A DNA stretch of 63,172 bases, filler included, from Blastocystis sp. subtype 4 (taxonomy: Eukaryota), in the NCBI RefSeq assembly GCF_000743755.1. It is 17 parts of 17 records of this genome, joined end to end, with 100 filler letters (N's around TTAATTAATTAA, not from the genome) between each part and the next. Parts side by side here need not be neighbours in the genome. Positions count along the whole stretch, not along the records: positions 52,587 to 56,036 come from NW_014568985.1; positions 56,137 to 59,625 come from NW_014568984.1; positions 59,726 to 63,172 come from NW_014568983.1; 14 more parts are not named here. One strand, given 5' to 3'. Below the pieces are notes generated by a model. The model ran no database searches. It saw only the letters and a list, made by a program, of their open reading frames with translations, and had not been told where the DNA came from. The translations under genes were made by a program, and so were the position numbers. Positions within the stretch are counted from its first letter, which is position 1. Each line of letters opens with the position of its first letter. Positions 53,615-63,172 of the stretch are shown piece after piece.

Positions 53615-54208
53615 ATGAAACAATTAGTGATGAAGAAATAAATGGATGAGAATTAATGAAATGATAACAAATTGATATGATTGGGACTGAGTGAGATAGT
53701 GATTGACATGAATTGTGAGATATGAATAGAATTGATATGATATGAGAGTGTAAATATAAATGGAAATAAGAAATGAATGATATGATGAATGAATGATGAG
53801 AATGATATTCCCGTGATTGTATTCAGTAATATTGAATAGGAATGAAGAGATGATAGTAGAATATAGTAGAATAGTGAGATATGAATTGAAATGAATGAAA
53901 TGGGCTAATGTGGAATGGCGTAATTGGGGATCTGAATTGTCGTAAGAATGATGCAGAATTAGTATTGATGTTTGATTGATTGTAATGTGAAATGATAGAA
54001 ACTGATTAGAATCACGGGAATGAATGACTTGAATGATAAGATGAATAGATTGATTGTGAGAGATTAAATATGATGAATGGAATGTAATGATGAATATGAA
54101 TAGAATAGTTGAATATGGATAGAATGAGTGATAATCATTGTCATCCCCTCCATATGATATTCATTATGATTTCATTAATATGCACTATTCATTAATTCTT
54201 AGACTGAT

Positions 54209-55800
54209 ATGAGCAACATCAATGTTAGGAATAGTAGTACCTATCTTGAATTCCTTGGTGATTATGAGATGGAGAGTATTGAAATGAAGAATGGTGATGA
54301 ATTGAATGGAGAAGCGATAATGAGATTGTTGATAGATGGTGAAAGATACGAAATGAGTGTGAATATGAAGAATGGTAAGAAAGAAGGAGTTGGTGAGATA
54401 CTAAGAGAAGATGGAACACTGTTTATGAGAATGATGTTTGTGAATGATGAATGTGAAGGAGAAGTGATAAGAAAGAACGAATATGGAAGCATAGTGTTAA
54501 AAGGGAGAATGGGAAAAGGAAAGAAAGTTGGAATGTGGATAGAATATGATGATTATGGAAATGAGATATGGAGAGGATTCTATCGAAATGGAGTAAAGGA
54601 TTTGTCTTTGAAAGAACATGAAGGAATGAGTGGATTATGGAGAGAAGTGAATGAGAATGGAGAATTGTTGAGTGTGAGTGAGTATAATGAAGATGGATTA
54701 TTGAAGAATGGTAAGTGTTTTGAGTATGAAGGAGGAAGAATGGTTAGAGAATGTGAATACAAGAATGGAGTAATGATAAGAGTATTGAGAGAATGGAAAG
54801 GAGAATGTATGATTGAATATGATGTGAATGGAATGAGAGTATATGAAGGAAGATTTGAAGGAGATATGATGAAAGGATTTGCTCGAGAAGGTAAAGGAAA
54901 AGAATATGGAACTGATGGAAAGAGTGCATTGTATGTAGGTGGATGGAAGAATGGAAAGAGAGAAGGATATGGAAGTGAATTCAAAGGACGTAATCCTGTT
55001 TATATTGGAGAATGGAAGAATGGAATGAGACATGGAACTGGAAAGGAATTGAATGAGAATGGAGAAGTGATTAGAAGTGGAAGATGGAACAAAGATGGAA
55101 TTGAATCAGTTTTAAGCGAATTTGATATTGATTGTTTGAAAGGAGTTGAGAGATTGGAGATAGGTAAACACTGTCACAAGAAGGTAACTCAATTTGTGCT
55201 AGATGGATTGAATGAATTGAAGAGTATTATCATTGGAATAGATAGCTTCAGTTATGATAATAGAAAGGGAAGCAAATGTGTGATAATGAACTGTAATCAA
55301 CTGAATGAAATCAACATTGGAGCGAAGTCATTCCACTGTTATGAATCATTAAAACTGAAGAATCTTCCTTCTCTCATATCTATTCAATTGGATAAAGACG
55401 CATTCGAATGGTGTCATAGAATAGTATTTGAGAGTATAAATGATTGAGGGAATGATGAATGAGATCTGATTCGACTTCAATCTATCACTCTTGGAAAATG
55501 GGCTCTACTTGGTGATTATGATACTGTTGAATCAAATGAATTGAAAATGAAGAGTATGAATGATATATATGATTGATTGATGAGATCTCCCTTCTCTATC
55601 TCTATTCAAAGGAAAAGGTTACAACTTCGTATACATAAGCAAAGTGCATATAGATGGTAATGATTGATAATTGAATATGAAATAGACATTCCAGCACTCA
55701 CTAAGGATGGAATACAAATGGGAGAGAATGTACTCAGTAGAGTGAAAGAATTGGTTTGTTCAAGTACTATTGATTGATTGATAATGACCAAGAAGAATAG
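54209..55800 (+). CDS. MORN-repeat + LRR family protein, apparently with an intact N-terminus
   Basis: YEGRF, YVGGWKNGKREGYG, YIGEWKNGMRHGTG MORN motifs followed by LRR exons; no signal peptide. Confidence 0.8.
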
Positions 55801-56136
55801 AAACTGTTGCTCGATTATCTAGTGAGCTCTGTTTGTTTGTTCATGATAACCCTTAATCAAAACTATATAAGGATTTTGTTAGAATTAGGGTAGTTGTTTG
55901 CTTCCTATTTGTATATGACATACATCAAAACGATACCATGTTCTTGATAGGTGTGATAAACAGAAATAGAGTATTGATAAGAGTATAGATGTAATAAGAA
56001 TATGAGAATGAAATAAGAATAGATGATGATTGAATGNNNNNNNNNNNNNNNNNNNNNNNNNNNNNNNNNNNNNNNNNNNNTTAATTAATTAANNNNNNNN
56101 NNNNNNNNNNNNNNNNNNNNNNNNNNNNNNNNNNNN

Positions 56137-56587
56137 CCTTGACATAGGCCAGCTGATTGTAGTATGTAACATGCTTTGACATCAGTGAAACACGATAGTT
56201 GTAGTTCAGACCGCGAATATAGTCTTGAACATTATTAACCAGAGTGTTCCAATGATGGTGAACTTCAGGAACATCCCAACCAAAGGAAGTAGCATCCTGA
56301 ACAAATTCACCAACTATGGCAGCTTGGTGCATTAGCTTCTTGGGAATGCACCCTACATTCACACAAGTACCTCCTAAACCCCAAGTGGATCCATGGGGAG
56401 AAGGTTTCACGAAATCGAATAAGGCGACAGTAGCTCCGAGATCTGCAGCTTCCTTAGATGCAGCCAGACCTAAAAATGAGAAGCAAACCCCAAACTAGCT
56501 ACCTCCTGAACCACCACCAATCACGATTAAATCATAATCATAGGTAGTATTACCATCATCGTTATCTTCTTGAGATTGGAGACCCAT
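56137..56587 (-). CDS. TXNRD: High-molecular-weight thioredoxin reductase, N-terminus, 3'-partial
   Basis: [38 protein letters not shown]. Confidence 0.9.
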
Positions 56588-56689
56588 TATCTCAATCGAT
56601 AAACAAATAATGGGAGAAAAGGGATACATATTGATTATCAAGGTCACATGGAAGCAACTGAATCACTGAACATATGGAACAAACAGATT

Positions 56690-58040
56690 TTAATCCTCTT
56701 CTGAATCACTCTCTTCTGAATCGCTTTCTTCTGAATCAAAGACATTTTCTATAGGAAATCGAAGAATAGCTGCAATCCCAGTTAACTACGAATCACACCT
56801 TAAGTCAACTGTTACATTATTCAACTGCTTTCCAGATGGATGTAGCGAACTGAACAGATATGTTTTCCCTCCCGCTTCACGAACTTGGTCCATGAGTCCA
56901 ATCTACAGTTTACAAAGGCAACTATAAATACAATTCGCCTTCGAACTTCCGCAGATTTCCCTCGAATTAACAAATCACTGATTAAAAGTGTTTCAACGGC
57001 TCCTTGCTCGATACAGTACGTCACACTTTTCTCTCCATACGATACACGATCAGGATTCTCTCGGAACACTTCACCGAACTTCTCTAATACTGCAACCTAC
57101 TATTATTACCCAATTCTCATTCTCACTTCTTCTGCAAACTTTACATCGTTCAGCTTACTCATAACCTTTTCATCTTTCAGAATCTCTTGCAATGCATACA
57201 CATGTCCCGAATTACTGTGGATGCAGATGAACTTTGCCAGTTGGAAATGAAGCTTCTTGTCAGTACGAAGACTCTCTGCATCCATATATTTGAGGAGGTT
57301 CTGGTTCAAGAAACCGCTACTACAAAGAAGAATCACCTTGGCCTCATCAAAGTCCACAATCTTCATAACTGCATTGTATACCATACCAAAGAATGCTTGC
57401 ATCGCCTTTTCACTCTGAGTTGAACCTCCACGACCTTTTCCAGGAATCAGTTTCTCAATGCTACTTTTCACCAAACACATGCTATTTCGAATAATACAGA
57501 TGTTTGCTAGACCCTCCTGTAAAACAACAGCATAGACTTTGGCGCTTTGATCTTTCTTCACGATCTCACGAAGTTTGGCAATGTATACAGAATCCCAGTA
57601 ATCCTTTGACAGGGTAAAAGGAGAATGTTCCTGAATCTCGATTGTATGGCGAGCTCCCAACTACAAGTCACTCCGATAACTAGGAAAAACAGCAACGAAA
57701 TCATTAGCTTCAAGATTTGTTCCAGACACACGAAGTGACGAACCTTCTCCATCGTACTCCAATTTGGTAATCTACTTCATCAGAACTGTTTACAAAGTCA
57801 TACTTTCAGACTGAGTGTGAGAACCTTCTTTGTAACTGTTACCACATCAGTTGCCGAGGTTGATTTCACCTTTCTTACTGTTTTCGACTTAATCACATCG
57901 CCTATACTCAGAAGATTATATCTACACATCATTCCAAAGAGGAAATCCGACACTTCCCAAATATCTTCCTCATCTTCAGGAGTAATTGTGATGGATCCGA
58001 TACCAGTGCTTTCAATAATCCGATTGTTTTCTATTCTCAT
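56690..58040 (-). CDS. PELO: Pelota/Dom34, multi-exon
   Basis: PEDEEDIW, LGARHTIE, AVVLQEGLANIC, IPGK, GAVETLLISD, LTGIAAILRFP. Confidence 0.93.
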
Positions 58041-58227
58041 GGTATAAGTGGACGATCTACTTCTTAGCTACAATAAAAATCAACACCTTTGAAAGATAAG
58101 TACGATAAACAAATTTCAAGGACCACCCCAACCAGAGACAGAAAATATATGATTCATCAACAAAGACTTTATGATCCCTATCACAACACTTAAATAGAAT
58201 CAACAACAAACAATATGCGTAAAGAAA

Positions 58228-59625
58228 CTAGTGCTTTCCTTCATCGAAGATCTGAGAGACAGATTGCTTTCCATGAATAGCACGAATAGCATCAGCAAGA
58301 AGTGGAGCCACTGACAACTGCACAATCTTGGGGTTCTCCTTAGACTGGGATGACAGAGGAATGGTATTCAACACAACCACTTGCTCCAACACAGATTCTG
58401 AAATGTACGTATTAGCAGCCTTACTGAACAAACCATGAGAAGCGAAGGCAAACACACGACGAGCTACAACTTATTCTCTTTCTTCACATTTACCTCCATG
58501 TTCTTTCAACTGATTGGCAGCCTTACACAATGTGCCAGCAGTATCAATCATATCATCCACGATAATACAGTCACAGTCATCAATTGTACCCACCAAATCC
58601 ATTGAATCAATCTGTCCAGGCTTGCCACGTTGTTTGATGATCATTGCCACACCAGCATCAATGTCGTACTTCGTCATCATACCATCACGGAACTTCTTCA
58701 CACGATACACACCACCTGCATCAGGGGATACAATAACAGGCTTATGTAACTCCATTTTGGCAAAGTAATCAACACCCACAACACCACCTTGAAGATTGTC
58801 CACAGGCACACGAGGACCGAAGAAGCCCTGAATCTGACCACAATGAAGATCAACTGCAACTACACGATCCACACCCATAGCCTCCAGAAGACGAGCCACA
58901 TCAGCAGCTGAAATAGGCACACGAGCAGCCATCTACAATTCAATCATTCTCCTTGCTCCCACCTTACGATCCTGACGAGCATAACCATAATAAGGAATTA
59001 CAGCAGTGATACGACGAGCACTTGCGCGACGAGAAGTGCTAATCATAAGCATCAACTCCATGAGATTGTCATTGATGTTCGGAGGACAGGTGGACTGGAC
59101 GATAAACAGATCCTTACCACGAATGTCCTCGTTGATGTCAACAACCACTTCTCCATCAGCAAAACGACCAATCTATCGTTTAAATCAATCCGTATAACTC
59201 AGATACACGACAAGAACCAAGCTGAGTACCTAAATCCTTTACAATCTCTTCTGCAAGAGGACGATTGGCATTTCCAGAGAATACACGCAGATTACTCTTC
59301 AGAGTATCTACAAGAATCAGGATCCATATAGAATTCGAGTACTTCTCTTAATCTCAGCTGTTTCAGCAGGCTATACGATAAGAAAACACACAACAATCAG
59401 TTCCTACTGTTTCAGCATGGACAGTCTTGAAAGTCTGATAACCAACGAAAGTCGCAAGAGCCAAACCACCAGCAGCCTACTCCATTACGTTCAGTTCTCT
59501 GACATTCCTACAGCAAAAAGCGAACATTTGTTATAGGTTTTAGAAGCAGTGGTAGCCATGTTCATTTGAGAGACACCACTTCTCATGGCCATCCGGGAGA
59601 CACGCTGGAACACGTTTCTGGAAGC
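58228..59625 (-). CDS. PRPS: Ribose-phosphate pyrophosphokinase with N-terminal targeting extension, 5'-partial
   Basis: [59 protein letters not shown]. Confidence 0.95.
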
Positions 59626-59725
59626 NNNNNNNNNNNNNNNNNNNNNNNNNNNNNNNNNNNNNNNNNNNNTTAATTAATTAANNNNNNNNNNNNNNNNNNN
59701 NNNNNNNNNNNNNNNNNNNNNNNNN

Positions 59726-61330
59726 AGAATGAAATGGATTGATGATTGTGAATTGATTGTTACTAGTTGTATTGAATCTCTGTTTATTGATGATCGTTTC
59801 AATCCTGATATATCATCATTGATACTGAACAATTCATTGATATCATTGAAACGAATTGTGATTGGAGATGATTGTTTTGAGAAAGTGAATCGATTTGTGA
59901 TTGATGGATTGAATGAATTGGAGACTATCATCATTGGAAAGGACAGCTTCAAACTCGATAATGGTCCTAGAGAAGGGAACAAATGTGTGATAATGAATTG
60001 TGATCAATTGAATGAAATTCACATTGGATACAGTTCATTCCGTTTGTATGAATCATTAGAATGTAAGAATCTTCGTTCTCTGATATCCATTCAATTGGGT
60101 TCTGGGGCATTCAGTAATTGTCATTCGATAGTATTTGAGAGTATGAATGATTGAATGAATGATGAATGAGATCTGAATCGACTTCAATCCATCATTCTTG
60201 AAATTCTTGCATTAGCTTGTGATTATAATACTATTGAATCAAATGAATTGATAATGAAGAGTATGCATGATAGTGATGATTGATTGATGAGATCTTCCTT
60301 CTCTATCAATGATCAATGGAGGTTTCTGGCATATAGGCAAAGTGACATTGAAGAGTGATAATTGATGAACTCACTAATAAAGGGATTCGTGGGGATTCCA
60401 TGGGATTTAATAGAGTGAGAGAATTGCATAGTTCAAGTATGACTAATTGATTGATAATGATTGAGATGCTGATGCCCTTGAATATGTTGTTACAAAGAAT
60501 AGTAAGGTAACTCCATCTAAACATTTATTATCTCTTTATCCATCATCAAGAATTGATCAAATGAAACAGATTTCTAATTCTGTAAAATCAATTGTGATTC
60601 AAGGAGAAGTAGGAAGAAATGAAAAGGAGTCATTCACTCTCTCGGATTTTCCTTCTCTCATTAGTATTGAAATAGGTTATGGAGCATTCGAGTATTGTCA
60701 TTCAATAGTATTTGATAGTATGAATGATGAATGAATGATGAATGAGATCTGAATCAACTTCAATCCATCACTCTTGGATGGGGGGCTCTATGTGGTGATA
60801 ATGAATGGAAAGTGAAGAGTATGAATGATTGAATGAGATCCGATTCCAGTTGCTCCATGTAGTCTGCCTAATCCTTATTATTCATATTTGAATAGCTTGG
60901 AAAAGAAGAGTATGAATGATTGAATGAGTGATGAATGAGATCTGATTCGACTTCAATCCATTACTCTTGGATCTGGTGCTCTTGCTGGTGATAGTGCTAC
61001 TACTGAATGGAATGTATTGATAATGAAGAGTATGAATGATTGAATGGATGATTGATTGATCAGATCTTCCTTCTCTATCCACATTCAAAGGAGAAGGTTA
61101 CAATTTCATTAGGATAGGCGAGGTGACATTGAATAGTAATGATTGATGATTGTATATGAATTAGACATTCCATCACTCACTTCAGAAGGGATACAAATGA
61201 GAGGGAATGTATTTAGTGATGTGAAAGAATTGTATAGCTCAAGTATGATGAACTGATTGATAATGATGAGATGCTGATTCTCTTGATCGATTCATTCAAC
61301 AGAGGAAGAAGTTATGTGATCTTATTGATC
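59726..61330 (+). pseudogene. LRR-array family gene, 5'-partial, with disrupted modules
   Basis: Typical modules, but with a deletion near 60360 and an interruption near 60840-60905. Confidence 0.6.
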
Positions 61331-61468
61331 CTGTAATTAATCCTGTTCATCCTGTTATTAATCCTGTTCATCCTGTTATTAATCCTGTTCATCCTGTTAT
61401 TAATCCTGTTCATCCTGTTATTAATCCTGTTCATATCCTGTTCATCCTGTTATTAATCCTGTTGATCC
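61328..61468 (+). repeat. 21-bp minisatellite (ATCCTGTTATTAATCCTGTTC), about 6.5 copies
   Basis: Read directly from the sequence; 12+9 bp sub-units. Confidence 0.95.
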
Positions 61469-61557
61469 ACCACTGGATGTGACTGATTATCCACAAAAGA
61501 ATGATGGTTGTTGTGCAATATTCTAGTGAATTGGATCTGTTTGTTAACAATGAAGTA

Positions 61558-62620
61558 GAAACACTATAATAACTACTTAGATGTCCTAGCGGGTAATTAA
61601 TGTCCATACCATAGGCCTCGGAGTGGTTCCCGAGTGGTCCAAGTGTCGAGTGATTGGTTGAGAGGTGATGAACCAAACCAGTATTCCTGTTGGAGAATAG
61701 TAGGGTGAGTTTTTGATGAAATGAAGCATACACCCTGAGAAGAGGAAGTTTGTGTGAGAATGGTAGCATTTGAAGTTGATAAGTTGGGTGGTAATGGTGA
61801 CCGAGTATGTGGATGAGACATGGTTCTGAAAGAGACATTGTGTGAATGAGAGTAGATGATGAAAAGGAGAATGAAGAGAAGTGAAGATAGTTGTTAGATG
61901 ATAGAGAAGCATAAGAATAGAAGATTAGAGGTTGAGTAGATGAAGATGTCCCTTGAGGAAAGTTAATAAGAATGAAATGTATGAATAAGGTAGTGTGAAT
62001 GTGACTGTGAAGTATTAAGAAGCGAATGAAATGGTAAGGGTAATGGTAAAATTAGTGTTGAAAAGTGTCAAACACTTTAAACACTATAAACACTACATAG
62101 ATGCCCTAGAGGGCACTTAACGTCCATATCATTAAGGCCTCGGACTCGTTCCCGAGTGGTCCAAGTCTTGAGTGATTGCTTGACAAGTTCATGAACCCAA
62201 CCACTATTCCTCTTGGAGAATAGTATAGTGATTTCTTCATGGAAATCAACCATACACCCTGGAAACACGAAGCTTCCCTGAGAATGGTACCATTTCACCT
62301 TCAGAACTTACGTCCTGATGGTGACCAAGTATCTCGAAGAGACATCCTTCTCAAAGAGACATTGTCTCAATGAGAGTAGATGATGAATACCAAAATCAAC
62401 ACAAGAGAACATAGTTCTTACATGATAGAGAAGAATAAGAATACACATTAGAGCTTGAGTAGATCAGGATGTCTCCTCGGGAAAGTTAAGAACATCGAGT
62501 CTATCAACAAGGTACTGTGAATCTCATTGTTTACTATCAACAAGTGAATGAAGTGGTAATCCATCATTGAAATGGATGACTAAAAGAACGGAATGAAAAA
62601 GTGAAAAAGCCAACCTAAGA
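61558..62620 (+). repeat. Two tandem diverged copies of the dispersed repeat cassette (starting ~61558 and ~62078)
   Basis: Both begin AAACACTATAA...CTAC.TAGATG and match the reverse complement of 6560-7045. Confidence 0.8.
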
Positions 62621-63172
62621 TGATTAGGTTGGTAATATAGAAGATTGTAGAGAAGAGTATAGATGGGAATAGATGAAAAGAGGAAAAGATATAGGAGGCA
62701 TTGATTTGAATCTCCTATAGAAGATGATTGTATTTTGTTGGGTATAAGGGTACATAAAGATTACATAAAGAGATACAGGATACAGGATAAAGGGACGAAT
62801 GAAGTTATGCAGGTTATATACAGATTTGAAAGATGATAATAATAACTTGGTTGAAGTAATGAAGAATCTTGAGTAATAATTATAATCTGAAACAAATAAG
62901 CCAGACTCAAGGCAGAGCCAAGAACTTGATTAATAGCAAAACATAGTGAATGAGTATAGAGAAATAAGAATGAAGAATCCATTGAAGAACTAAAGAATGA
63001 AGAATGAAGAGTCACTGAAGAAGTGAAAGCACCAAGGTTGAGGGCAAAGCCAAGAACCATTGGTTACACCAGATATTTCCATCAATTACTACAATTTGTT
63101 CTTCTGTTACATTGTATAACTCGAAATCTGTATATAATGAGATTGAAGAGATGAAACACTTCTTAAATGATA

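Overview
This window is not one contiguous locus. It is 17 short contigs (mostly about 3.4-3.7 kb) joined by an artificial 100-bp linker (44 N + TTAATTAATTAA + 44 N), so neighbourhood across linkers is meaningless. The DNA is a compact, AT-rich eukaryotic nuclear genome, most likely Blastocystis sp. (inferred from ~30-nt introns, TGTTTGTT polyadenylation elements at gene ends, and PFO with an organellar presequence). It contains many intron-split housekeeping genes (RRP40, uL4m, RPN7, RPS13, Sec1, PFO, PEPCK, deoC, UBP6, YEATS, VMA16, NAC-alpha, BRX1, GPN3, TrxR, pelota, PRPS and others) and one tRNA-Ser(AGA). It also has three members of an Ig-like surface protein family and six arrays of a MORN+LRR family. 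Most notable: (1) the LRR arrays are built from short frame-preserving exons separated by phase-1 micro-introns, and often carry a conserved downstream repeat cassette; (2) three 40-41 nt U12-type (ATATCC) introns, two of them in a bacterial-type deoC and one with an apparent non-canonical AT-TG boundary; (3) stop codons apparently completed by polyadenylation; (4) an unannotated organelle-targeted small protein with an actinobacterial bL37-like motif. All gene models were spliced by eye and no database searches were run.
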